Assembly: GCF_006345805.1 (NCBI RefSeq)
Contig: NW_021832168.1
Coordinates: 1-31,772 of the forward strand
DNA: 31,772 nucleotides
Reading direction: 5' to 3'
Source of the DNA: Octopus sinensis
Lineage: Eukaryota
The translations under genes and the position numbers were made by a program. Below, in pieces: positions 10,411 through 21,890 of the stretch. Under the pieces are notes generated by a model. The model did no database searches and was not told where the DNA came from. It saw only the letters and a program-made list of their open reading frames with translations. Each line of letters opens with the position of its first letter. Positions within the stretch are counted from its first letter, which is position 1.

Positions 10411-11510
10411 TTATTCAGTTTATTTCAAGATCTCTTGCCAATAAAGAACTGGTCTCTAACCTAGATCCAAGGCCTCTTCATTGGAATTTCAAGAACATCA
10501 ATAACGGGGGGGGGCAGATTTGTATGTTTTGTTTTATGTATGTATTTTCATGCATATATTTGCATATCTAGACATGCTCATATATACTTAAATGATCAAC
10601 TTCTGGAAAGTTTTACAGATTTTTACAGTCTTCGAATTAGCTTTCTCCTTTCTGGTTTTGAGAAGTCTAATTTCTCAAGATTAGCATTTAGGCAGTGTGT
10701 TACATATCCCAGGACCCCAATAATTACAGGTATAAACCTGAACTTGTAATCTGGATAGAGTAACTGCAGATTTCTCAATAGTTCAGCATAGGTGTTCTCT
10801 TTTTCACAGATCTTCAGCTTTATGTTAACATCCGCTTGCAGCTGATTCTCTTCTCTATCCCAAATCACTATATCAGACCTGTTGTGCTTTACATTTTATT
10901 GAGGTCTTCACTGGGACATTCCACCAGTATTCCTTTTTATTATGAGTGGGTTCTTATTTCTTTGTCCTCGGGGGTTATCCTTTCGACAGAGCTCGTTATA
11001 CAGTGTCCTAGCTACAACATCATGTCTCATTGGTAGATAATACCGTGATGACATTTTCAGACAACTGCTTTTGATGTTGGTGTTATCTTGGGAGTCACAT
11101 TTTACTGCTTTTCCTGCATTTTTGTTCCTTTCTTGCATCAGGTATTTGGCTGATATTTCCTGTTCCTGGATCGCAAACGCATATCTTTCGAAGTGGGAGA
11201 TAGCAATCCGGCTGTTGATCCGTGATAGACTGCTCTGGTGATCAATGTTACTCTCTTCTCTGAGCTTTCTACTAACAGACCCCTTCGGATATGCCTCCGC
11301 GAGACTGTATTCTATCAGAGATAATACATTCACTCATTGTGTTTAACTTCGAGATGGTGGCCCACGATGAAGTCAGGTCAGCTATGGCTTTGGCTATGCT
11401 CACTGGAACTTTAGCATCCATGAGTCGAGAACAGAGTCAAGGGCTCTCCGGCAGTTTAGCCACATTGAAACCAGGTTCCTTCTAAGCTGTCGCACCTCTG
11501 GCATCACAGT
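10405..11510 (-). mobile_element. R4/Dong-like RLE non-LTR retrotransposon, 5'-truncated and internally deleted
   Basis: RT remnant SMWLNCRRALDSVLDSWM...GGISEG (from W.DY.KAFDSV.H...GIFQGD); then SHFERYAFAIQEQEISAKYL; knuckle remnant SSCLKMSSRYYLPMRHDVVARTLYN; RLE region IWDREE..ADVNIKLKICEKENTYAEL..FIPVIIGVLG; stop at 10588-10590; AATAAA in the 3' UTR, then a (TAGA)n tail. Confidence 0.8.
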
Positions 11511-11512
11511 TC

Positions 11513-11760
11513 TGTATGTATGTATGTGTGTATGTATGTATGTATGTTTGTATGTGTGTATGTGTGTGTATGTATGTATGTATGTATGTATGTATGTATG
11601 TATGTATGTATGTATGTATGTATGTATGTATGTATGTAGTATGTATGTATGTATGTATGTATGTATGTATGTATGTATGTATGTATGCATGTATGAATGT
11701 ATGTATGTGTGCATGTATGTATGTATGTATGTGTAACGTACGTATGTATGTATGTATGCA
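11513..11760. repeat. (TATG)n microsatellite
   Basis: Direct reading. Confidence 0.97.
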
Positions 11761-12087
11761 TGCATATATGGTGAAGAGGTTCGCTTCCCGACCACGATGC
11801 ACCACGCTGATTTTGTTTGAGGTTTATGTTAAGGATACACATATCCGTGCAGTATTCGATCACTTACACGTTAAATGAAGGGCAGGTAATTCAGTTGATC
11901 AAACAACTAAATCCTTACCGCTTCATTTCAGTCATTGGGATGCGACCATGCTGAAGGGATCAAGACAGCGTGATTGAGGGACAGGAGGAAAATGTTGATG
12001 GTGGTCCTTTCTGCGTGCCACTAAGTCTTGTGGCTTACAAAAGAGGATACATACACACACGCACGTGTATGTATATATATATATATA

Positions 12088-12444
12088 CGTTTCACAGTGA
12101 AAAGCAACTTCACATGTGCTTCGGAGAACCTGATATACGCACTAACATGCTCTGGGTGTCAAGAGCAATACATAGGCCAAACAAAAAACAGTCTACGTAA
12201 AAGAATGGCTCTACACAGATCCCAGATCAAAATTCCCCCAAACAGAAAAATAGCATTCAGCCAACACATAGACATTTGCGCCAATAACAAAAATCCAAGC
12301 TTCAGAATTTTTCCCCTCTACCAATTCAGGGACGATACAACCTGGAGCCAATGAATTAGTAAAGAGACTCTCTTTATTACAAAATACAGACTCCTTTTGA
12401 ACGCGTCTACAACAAACGACATATCCACCACGGCCTTAGAATAA
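12088..12444 (+). pseudogene. Penelope-like element GIY-YIG endonuclease domain remnant
   Basis: FTCASENLIYALTCSGCQEQYIGQTKNSLRKRMALHRSQI...FSQHIDIC...*ISKETLFITKYRLLLN shows LIY/YIG, R, E and N positions plus the Penelope CCHH residues. In-frame TGA at 12352; final TAA at 12442; 5' end lost in a (TA)n tract. Confidence 0.88.
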
Positions 12445-12568
12445 CACAAACACACACGCAAATATTAAAAATGACTTTTTATTCCACCTCTGCTACTAGC
12501 TGGCGTATACAGGTGCTTACACTTTACAAGTATTCACCTTAAATTTATTGTACCTACCTTATATATAT

Positions 12569-12877
12569 AACATAACATGACGGTCCTGGTTTAGGACGAG
12601 TGTTGCTGTAATTTAACCCCAGGGGACATCGTCTTCAGCTGGCTATACGACACGATCTGTGTCCTTATATTTTCGAACATGGGAAATAACCCGGATGAAG
12701 AGAAATAACCCGGAAATCGCGATACACAGATATTGTTTTGCGCTGAGTGGGGGTGCTAGATTCCGTTGTTCGAAAATATAAGGACACAGATCATGTCATA
12801 TAGCCAGCTGGAGACGATGTCTCCTGGGGCTAAATTACAGCAACATTCGTCCTAAACCAGGACTGCCATGTTATGTT
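12569..12877. mobile_element. Foldback/MITE with 111-bp inverted arms
   Basis: 12569-12679 pairs with 12767-12877 without indels; the core has a direct repeat aaataacccgga x2; no clean TSD. Confidence 0.75.
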
Positions 12878-12949
12878 GGCAAACAGTCTTTACTCCAAAG
12901 TACTGTTGCTGAATATCTCATGTTGTGAGATTTACAAACAGTACTTTTC

Positions 12950-13029
12950 TTATATATATATATATACATATATATATATGTATATATATATATATAAACA
13001 CACACACACACACACACACGCATATATAT

Positions 13030-13102
<73 letters not shown>

Positions 13103-13190
13103 TATATATATACACACACACACACTCACGCATAGATATATAACTATATTATACCTATATATCATATATATATATATATATATATACACA
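12950..13190. repeat. (TA)/(CA)/(GT) compound microsatellite
   Basis: Direct reading. Confidence 0.95.
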
Positions 13191-13394
13191 CATCATTTTC
13201 CCACTATTTCATACCTAGTGCATCTCTCTCTCTTTCTCTCTCTCTCATCCTTTATCTAATCCCTTTAAATCCTTCCCTTCTTCCAATACCCTGACAGACC
13301 TTACAGACCCCAATAACTATTTTTCTGTTTCAATTCCGAGAGCAACTCATCTCCACCCACCCCCACCACCTTCACACAGCGCCTTGCACAATGT

Positions 13395-13678
13395 TACTAC
13401 TACTACTAGTAACAACAGCAGTAGTAGTAGTAGTAGTAGTAGTAGTAGCAGTAGTAGCAGCAGCAGCAGCAGTAGTAGTAGTAAGTAGTAGTAGTAGTAG
13501 CAGCACAGCAGCAGCAGCAGCAGCAGTAGTTAGTAGTAGTAGTAGTAGTAGTAGTAGTAGCAGCAGCAGCATCAGCAGCAAAGTAATGTAGTAGTATAGT
13601 AGTAGTAGTAGTAGCGCAGCAGCAGCAGCAGCAGCAGGTAAGGAGTAGGAGTAGTAGTAAGCAGCACCCAGCAGAAGC

Positions 13679-13719
<41 letters not shown>

Positions 13720-13770
13720 CAGCAGCAGCAGAGTAGCAGTATAGTAGTAGAGAGTAGTAGTAGCAGCAGC
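13395..13770. repeat. (TAG)n/(CAG)n compound microsatellite
   Basis: Direct reading. Confidence 0.95.
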
Positions 13771-13849
13771 ACAGGGGGGGACCACCAGAAGAAGAAGAAG
13801 AAGAAGAAGAAGGACCTCGCCACCACTACTAATGTCCACCTGATGCGCG

Positions 13850-14165
13850 CACCATTATCAACCACCACAGCAACCACCACCACCACCGTCTGAACTACAA
13901 CCAACACCACCAACACCACCGCCACCAAACCTACCACCACCCCACCACTACCACCACCACCAACACCCTGCCCACCACCACACCACCACCACCACCACCA
14001 CCAAACCAGCACCGCACCACCACCACCACTACCACCACCACCACCACCACCACCACACCACCACCACCACCACACCACCACCACCGTCACCACCACACCA
14101 CCACCACCCACCACCAACACCACCACCACCACCACCACCACCACTACCACCACCACCACCGCCAC
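13850..14165. repeat. (CAC)n degenerate microsatellite
   Basis: Direct reading. Confidence 0.95.
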
Positions 14166-14645
14166 TGTCACACCACAGAAAGCTGTTTCCTCCCCGGCGA
14201 AGCAAACCCGACCAATATTTCGTAAGCGGCCCCACTTAACGAAACGCCATTAACCAAAACAATAACAGCATTTAAAAAAGGGGGTGGGGAGGGGGTTAGG
14301 CGTGGGATAAGACGGAGGGTGCGCGAGGCCCCTCGTCCCCGCTCCACCTTCTTTTTTTATTATTATTTTGGCTGGAGAAATGTCAATTTTCAAAATAGAG
14401 GTCACGGCCGGTAGGACGTAAGACATGGCCAGACGTGATTCTAAGAACGGACAGACATAGATCTAATTGCACGTTTTCCTATAGAAACATTACGTGCGCC
14501 CTTTACTCCTTGGTGTATTTAGTCCTCGGTTTGTGCACCGCCACCATCAGCCACTCCAGCCCATCTATTTCCCATCTCTCCAAACACATTAGGTGCCACG
14601 GTTTGTCACGTCTGTTTGCTTCATTGATTGGGGTTTTTTTTCTCA

Positions 14646-14677
<32 letters not shown>

Positions 14678-14924
14678 GTGTGTGTGTGTGTGTGCTGTGT
14701 GTGTGTGTGTCGACTGTTGTCACTCAGAAAGCAGTGAAGCGCGGAAATTGTTCCCCTTTTTTATTATTATTATTATTATTATTAATGATTAAGCTAAGTA
14801 AAATAATAAATCGAAAATGGGCTGTTTAAGGAAATATTGCGCTTTTAGCAAGTAATTTTTATGTATGAGGGATTAACTGTTATGCATGCGAAGATAGATA
14901 GAGAGCGGGGGGGGAGGGAGAGAG

Positions 14925-15157
<233 letters not shown>

Positions 15158-15683
15158 AAAAGATAAAAATGCACTTGACAAGGGCTACACCGAAGCCAGA
15201 ACCTCATAATTGCAGTGCGAACTCCTTAACCATTTCACCACAAATATCTTGATAACAAACACCTTAAACCGCACACACACATACACACACACACACATTA
15301 CACACATTCCCAGTGGGTTCTCGGGTAACTTACCGTATATACTCGACTATAAAACGCCCTCGCCTATAAAACGCACCCCCGTCTTACAAGGTTCAAATCG
15401 GGAATTTTATCATTGACCCGACTGTAGGTCGCAGCGCCTTTTCTTGATGTTAGAGAGCAAAGTTCGATTAGAAACCGTGCCGACATCGTTGTTGTTCTGT
15501 CACTGAGCCTTCAGTAAGCTGAAGATGGCCACAACTACCGTTAACCCATTAAGTCCATGCATTTTTAGAAACCGTTGTTTCTAATGTATGATTTTATCCT
15601 TGATAACGCTTCTTGACTTGTCTATCGTTTTGAGTCTGGATTGCTTCGACACTCTCCCTTTATGCCTTTCGGAAAGACTTCCT

Positions 15684-15913
15684 CTTATAATAATAATGAT
15701 GAGAAAGTCATAAAAATTAAGAATTTCTGTTAAAAAATACTTCATTTCTGTATTATGTACATTCATGTCCCAATTTGCCTCACGTTAAGGCCTAAATTGA
15801 CTAATTATGAAATTTGCCTAACTTTGGGGACATGAATATACATAATACAAGAATTAAGTTTTTTTAATAGAAATTCTTGCTTTTTTTTACTTTCTCATCA
15901 TTTTTATTATAAG
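15684..15913. mobile_element. AT-rich foldback MITE, about 90-bp imperfect arms
   Basis: cttataataataatgatgagaaagt...attcatgtcccaa (15684-15773) versus ttggggacatgaat...actttctcatcatttttattataag (15824-15913). Confidence 0.7.
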
Positions 15914-16130
15914 TCATGGTCGGAAATCAATTTTCCACCGTGTGTAATATTTTTAAAAAACTTTTATGGTGAATTAGATAGAAAGGGAAATCGTTCCATG
16001 CCTTTTTATCATTAGAACACTTTGGCAGCAACCGACACACAAAACCATGCAGTCGCACATGCTAGGATTGGGATAAAAATACAATAAACTGTTTTAATCT
16101 GAAGATTTTTTTATAGGTTGCACCCCCAAC

Positions 16131-16700
16131 CACTAGCCCCGGGCGGCACTTTTAAAGAGGCATTACTTTCAGGTCTGCTGTAGGCAATGTGTGTTTCTTG
16201 CGGCAAACAGAAGGGCTACCCACGAAATTTTTTTCTCCACGAGAGTTCCGGACCCCAGTAATGAACTCATTTGCATACAGCCAATCAGAGCTAGACAAAT
16301 AATTAGATAGATTTGCATCTATACCTATTATCGGATTTTGTTAGGGCCCCGCTTATGGTAAAGATGTGGATGGGAGAAATGTGGTTAGAGGGTGATGTGC
16401 TAGCAACCCTCTCCCTTATTGTTTTACAAATTAACCAACAACAGAACAAATAACTACACAGAGGCAGCCATGGTTGGAACAAGATCAACAAGCATTCTTA
16501 AAAGAGAAAAGGAACACGGTCATTCCTTACCCAAGCGACCTTATCTCATCGCCCATCACGTGTTATGCGCTCATAAATCAGTTTGAGATTTGAGCTCTGA
16601 TTGACTGTATGCAAATGAGTTTATAACTGGGGTACGGAACTCTCATGGGGAAAGAATTTCGCGTGCCGCTCCGGGCGGCACACACTCTAGCTACGCCAAA
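16131..16700 (-). mobile_element. hAT-like MITE remnant (same family as 30074-30225), split by an inserted element
   Basis: ccccgggcggcactttt at 16137 and ccgggcggcacacactctagctacgcc at 16671-16697 are reverse complements of the two ends of the 30074-30225 element. Confidence 0.6.
16223..16661. mobile_element. MITE with about 70-bp inverted termini carrying octamer + CCAAT motifs
   Basis: 16223-16292 is inverted at 16593-16661; ATTTGCAT at 16269, CCAAT at 16281, ATGCAAAT at 16609. Confidence 0.7.
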
Positions 16701-17090
16701 GTCTCCAACTTTAGAGGAAAATTTCAAGGAAAAAAGGGCGATTTATAGCCGAGTGTATACGGTAAGAACTCGGCGACGAGTTGCCACCGTCGACGTTGTT
16801 TAAACTGAAGGTGAACTATGATCGAACGATCTATGATCAAAGACATTCCAACCATGGCTATCGCGTGTTTGTAGACGTTTATAGGACGGCATTTTTTATG
16901 TATCCCTTCCATATTTAAGATGACAGCGAGTAATTTGAGAAAAAACATTTGGCTGTTGTTTCTAACAACCAAATAGTATATACAGATATGTTTGTATGTG
17001 TGCGTGTATGTATGTGTATGTGTGTGTATGTGTGTGTGTATGTGTATGTGTGTGGTCATGTGTGTATCTATGTGTACACATATATGTCTA

Positions 17091-17488
17091 CTAGCATTAT
17101 AGCCCGGCGTTGCTCGGGCTTGTTTTCTTTTCGACCCTTTAGAATTGGAATTTTTGAAAAGTGAAAATTTTGCATTATGTAGCTTGTTATTCTCTTTAAG
17201 TGAACATTTTTCTGGTTGAAATACACCGAAAAATGGCGACACAGCAGTCAAAAAATCGTAAAAATTAAGGATTTTCATAGAAAAAAAAGCACGTGTTTGA
17301 TGTAAATAATTTTTGGTGTTAACATGGTCCGATTGAATTTATTCTTCTACGGAATGAAGAGCAAGCCGTCTTCTATCATACTCTCAATTTTGGTCAACTT
17401 GCGCTGCAGGGTCTCGGAGGAGATAGTGTTAGTTGAAGGATACCAAACCTGCCACACACAGACAATTTCAGCTTTATAGAGAGAAAGA
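17091..17488 (-). mobile_element. Non-autonomous Helitron, copy 1
   Basis: On the minus strand: 3' hairpin GCCCGAGCAACGCCGGGC ending 11 nt before the terminal CTAG|T; 5' A|TCTTTCTCTCTATAAAGCTG. Confidence 0.8.
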
Positions 17489-17969
17489 TTTGTCCGTGAA
17501 CGATGCCGAATACGCGTGCGCGCGTTTGTGTTCGACTGACGGCGCAGTTGGGTAGAAGATGTATATGGTGTGTGTATATATATATATATATATGTTAATG
17601 AGTCTTTGTATGTGTGTGTGTTTGTTTGTATGTGTGCGTGTGTAAATGTGCTTATCAACGTTAGTCTTTCGTTTTGTATAGTATCCGTTTTCACAAAACA
17701 CACAGTCTCTCTCTCTTCTCTCTCTCTCCATCTCTCTCTCTCCTACCCTTTCTTTCCTCTCCTCCAATTTTGCCTCTTTTTCCTTCAACTCACCTCTTCC
17801 TTCTCCTCCTCCCCCTGCTCTTAATTTCTTAATATCGATAAAACGTGAACACACACCGTTCGCCAGTCCCCTGATTTCGTGCTCTTTAAGCGCTATTTTC
17901 AAAGTATTTTGGGGCTCGTATTTAACTAGGTGTATGTTTCCGTGCATACGCGCGTCTATATTCGTGTAT

Positions 17970-18355
17970 GTGCATGGTGTGTGTGTGTGTGTATTGTACC
18001 TGTATTTAAATATGTTTGTATGTATCACTAAGGCTGTGTCTATGCATATCGCGTTCTGTATACGTGCATGTGTGTGTGTGTATGTGTGTGTGTGTGTGTG
18101 TATGTGTGTGTGTGTGAGTGTGTGTCTGTGTCTGTGTATGTGTCTGTGTATGTGTGTATGTGTGTATGTGTGTGTATGTATGTGTGTGTGTATGTGTGTA
18201 TGTGTGTATGTGTGTGTATGTGTGTGTATGTGTGTGTGTATATTTGTGTGTGTATATGTGTGTGTGTATGTGTGTGTGTATGTGTGTGTATGTATGTGTG
18301 TATGTGTGTGTGTGTGTGTGTGTGTATGTGTGTGTATGTGTGTGTGTGTGTGGTG
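17970..18355. repeat. (GT)n/(GTGTAT)n compound microsatellite
   Basis: Direct reading. Confidence 0.95.
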
Positions 18356-18510
18356 TAACACTAAAGATCTTTAGGAACCAGACGAATTCGATCTCTGTTT
18401 GAAAAAGAACAACGCTTTTCCTTATTTTTTTTTTCAATATTTTTCTTTATTTTCGCTCGTTTTTCGTTCATTCACTTCCTTCTTTCTTTATCTCTCTCTC
18501 TCTCTCTCCC

Positions 18511-18541
<31 letters not shown>

Positions 18542-18902
18542 TTAATGTTTCCAAATGAGCGAAATCTAACAACAGAGACGAATAGATTTTAATTAAGACG
18601 AAATCGAGACTTTCATTCGAGATTAGCACCAGATGTGTCACATAACCGAAAAATGTTCCAAATTATTTCGACGAGAACCAAAACCAAAATCACCACCACT
18701 GTCACCGCCAACAGCATCATCATCATCATCAACAACACCAACAACATCACCATCACAACCAGTAAACACCGTCTTCTTAATGAACCAATCGGCATAGTCT
18801 GAGGTTAAGCTGGCTTTGTGTAGACTTTCACCCCCCACGGGTCGGAAGTTATGATTTTATTTTGTAAATAAAAACTTCGCTGGAACCCCAAGTGACGTTT
18901 TA

Positions 18903-19317
18903 GGTGCAGGCGTGGCTGTGTGGTAAGCAGCTTGCTTCCCAACCACATGGTTCCGAGTTCAGTCCCACTGCGTGGCACCATGGGCAAGTGTCTTCTACTA
19001 TAGCCTCGGGCTGATCAAAGCCTTGTGAGTGGATTTGGTTGACGGAAACTGAAAGAAGCCCGTCGTATATCTGTGTGTGTATGTGTCTTTGGGTCTGTGT
19101 TTCTCCCCCCCCACACACACACACACCGCTTGACAATCGGTGTTGATGTGTTTACGTCCTCGTAACTTAGCGGCTTGGCAAAAGAGACCGATAGAATAAG
19201 TACCAGGCTTTAAAAATAAACAACCATTGAAGTCGATTTGTTCGACAAAAAATCTTTTAAGGCGGTGCCCCAGCATGGCCGCAATCAAATGACTGAAACA
19301 TTTAAAAGATAAAAGAT
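18903..19317 (+). mobile_element. tRNA-derived SINE family A, full length
   Basis: A-box-like TGGCTGTGTGG 18913-18923, B-box-like GAGTTCAGTCCC 18955-18966, short internal (GT)n, 3' cagcatggccgcaatcaaatgactgaaac and (AAAAGAT)2 tail. Confidence 0.9.
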
Positions 19318-19387
19318 ACTTTTAAAAAGTAATAACAAGAATATCGTCTAATTTTGGGGCAAATTGTCACGGGGGTGAGACCAATGA

Positions 19388-20250
19388 TTGGAAGGGCTGT
19401 TTGGGGTTGACGCCCCACCTTCAAAACCAATCACCAACATCTCCAGCACCAACACCGACCGAAACAGCTACAACAGCAACAACAAAGGAAATGAAAACGA
19501 AGAACAGAAAAACAAAGGTAAAATCGTCTTTTCGCTTATTCCACTTCCGCCGACACCGATACCATTGATGCCAACCGAAAACAGGTCAGCTTTCAAATCC
19601 AGCATCGACGGGTTCGCGGAAGAGGCCCGCCAAATAGAAGAACTTATTTTATCGTTAGAGGAAGTTTAAAAACAATGCGAAAACCGTTCTAACAAGAACG
19701 GGCGAAACATTGCGCTCAACATCACGGAATCTATTCGGCAACAAACCATCGTCGGCATTAGCAGCAGAAAGTAGGACACTAGAATCGGCGACACAACAGC
19801 AGATCGAAAAGTGCCTCAGACCAGTCTGGGGCACCAGAACATTTGGTCCTCATCCCATGCCGTAGGGTAGCAAAAATAAAGATAGTCGACGTGCCTCCAG
19901 ATGTAAACATCTGTTTGTTAGTGGCCTTTCAGCTAGGAATCACCAGAATGGTATTCAGAATCACGAAAGAAGTTCATCGCGCCGCGTATTCGGAGAACAT
20001 CGAGAGCCAATCGACCTCATAATCTCAGGATGCAGCCGACTGGCACCCACAGATTAATTTGCAAAGGCCTGACAGGACAGATCAGTACACACACGAGTTA
20101 CTGTACGGCACATACAGCATCCCTCACAAAGAGAATTAATGGCAACACAAACCACCACAAGTTGCCCAGGATGCCGAGTTTTCCATCCTTTGGAATTTCA
20201 GTGTTCAAACTGACCGAGAAATACAGGCTTATTGACCAGATAACCTGTTG
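19388..20250 (+). mobile_element. Possible degraded non-LTR retrotransposon ORF1-like fragment
   Basis: Coding-like composition with broken frames (RRVAKIKIVDVPPDVNICLLVA; TSCPGCRVFHPLEFQC knuckle-like). About 50 bp is duplicated at 21020-21070. The family assignment is inference. Confidence 0.3.
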
Positions 20251-20430
20251 AAAAGATTTATCGATAATATCGAATGGAAATAGGGGGGGGGTGCTGCAGT
20301 TCCGCAGTGCCTATACTCGATCCACCACTGCCTTCAACATCGCCTGATTGGTGTGAAGGTCATGGCAGAAATCAGTGGAACTTTCTTATTAAGTTATCGG
20401 ACAAATTCGTTGGATGTTTTTTGCTTCAAT

Positions 20431-20642
20431 CTCTTTACTCAATCTCTTTACTCTTTTACTCTTTTACTTGTTTCAGTCATTTGACTGCGGCCATGCTGGA
20501 GCACCGCCTTTAATCGAGCAACTCGACCCCGGGACTTATTCTTTGTAAGCCCAGTACTTATTCTATCGGTCTCTTTTGACGTACCGCTAAGTGACGGGAC
20601 GTAAACACATCTGTTTTGTCAGCACAAACCACAAACATACAC

Positions 20643-20698
<56 letters not shown>

Positions 20699-20873
20699 AT
20701 ATATATACATATATACGACGGGCTTCTTTCAGTTTCCGCCTACCAAATCCACTCACAAGGCTTTGGTCGGCTCGAGGCTATAGTAGAAGACACTTGCCCA
20801 AGGTGCCACGCAGTGGGACTGAACCCGGAACCATGTGGTTGGTGAGCAAGCTACTTACCACACAGCCACTCCT
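20431..20873 (-). mobile_element. SINE family A, full length
   Basis: Reverse complement of 18903-19317 with a (TA/CA) internal tract and a tandem (CTCTTTTA) tail. Confidence 0.92.
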
Positions 20874-21087
20874 ATTATTCAAGTTAACATGAAAAATATT
20901 TCATGTTAAAGTAGTTCGTGTTATTTTATAATTCTTTTCTTCACCTGCGACTTTTGTTTCACGCTTTCACAAATTCGAATAAAATTTACTTCCAGAATAC
21001 TTAGCTGTGGGGGGGGGGGCGAACGAATTAATGGCAACACAAAACCACCAGTAGTTGCCCAGGATGCCGAGGCATATATATATAATA

Positions 21088-21437
21088 TTCTTCTACTTGT
21101 TTCAGTCATTTGACTGCGGCCATGCTGGAGCATCGCCTTTAGTCGAATAAATTATACCCCAGGACTTATTCCTTGTGAGCCTAGTATTTATGCTATCGGT
21201 CTCTTTAACCGAACCGCTAAGTTACGGGGACGCAAGCACACAAGCATCGGTTGTCAAGCGATGTTGGGGGGGGGGGACAAGCACAGACACAAACATATAC
21301 ACGCACACAAACCAATGGACACACATGTAGTGTATATATATATACACTACGGGCTTCTTTCAGTTTCCGTCTACCTAATCCACTCACACAGCTTTGGTCG
21401 GCCCGAGGCTATAGCAGAAGACACTTGCCCAAGGTGC
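21088..21437 (-). mobile_element. SINE family A, head truncated
   Basis: Matches 20455-20807; breaks after ...cccaaggtgc. Confidence 0.88.
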
Positions 21438-21574
21438 TGACCTTGATAGATATATACGTATATATGTATGTATGTGTATATATATATACGTATGTATATA
21501 TATATATATGTGTGTGTGTGTATACACACATATATGTATGTATATATATATACATGTGTGTGTATGTATGTATG

Positions 21575-21793
21575 TATGTATGTATAATATGTGACAATCA
21601 GTTAGTTGTCTTAATAATACTCAGAGTTTCAGCTGCCGGGACTTAAAGACATCCTCATCAGTAATTAAAACAAAACGGTTTTTTTCATAACGTTTTTTTT
21701 TAATTACTGATGAGGATGTCTTTAAGTCCCGGCAGCTGAAACTCTGAGTATTATTAAGACAACTAACTGATTGTCACATATTATACATACATA
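21575..21793. mobile_element. Perfect 96-bp inverted repeat of a Penelope-like terminus, each arm with a hammerhead motif
   Basis: 21575-21670 pairs exactly with 21698-21793; 27-nt spacer; CUGAUGA 21707-13, GAAA 21738-41, ACUC-U-GAGU-A. Confidence 0.75.
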
Positions 21794-21848
21794 TACATAC
21801 ATACATATCATACATACATACACACATATACACACATGTATATATATA

Positions 21849-21890
<42 letters not shown>

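Larger units (their letters stand above)
15333..16762. mobile_element. Tc2/pogo-like non-autonomous DNA transposon with nested inserts
   Basis: 28-bp TIRs CCGTATATACTCGACTATAAAACGCCCT (15333-15360) and 16735-16762 with 3 mismatches; TA on both sides (15331-32, 16763-64). CCGTA-starting TIRs are typical of the Tc2/pogo group. Confidence 0.8.

Noticed and set aside
15430-15540. pogo transposase N-terminal HTH remnant (VTEPSV..RW)
   Set aside because: Too short and interrupted by stops to call without a profile search.
15540-15560. TTAACCC as a piggyBac end
   Set aside because: No matching GGGTTAA partner found downstream within the host element.
16724-17278. 184-aa ORF (and the similar 24318..24554) as a gene
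   Set aside because: It reads through a non-autonomous Helitron end and a microsatellite; the similarity between the two is repeat identity.
18361-18374. 14-bp palindrome CTAAAGATCTTTAG
   Set aside because: A single short palindrome; expected occasionally by chance in 32 kb.
18903-18975. tRNA gene calls for SINE heads (also 4731, 27121, 29785)
   Set aside because: A/B boxes are present but I see no complete cloverleaf or poly-T terminator; each continues into a multi-copy SINE body.
20884-20909. 11-bp hairpin TTAACATGAAA/TTTCATGTTAA
   Set aside because: Short and AT-rich; too short for a pre-miRNA and no supporting context.
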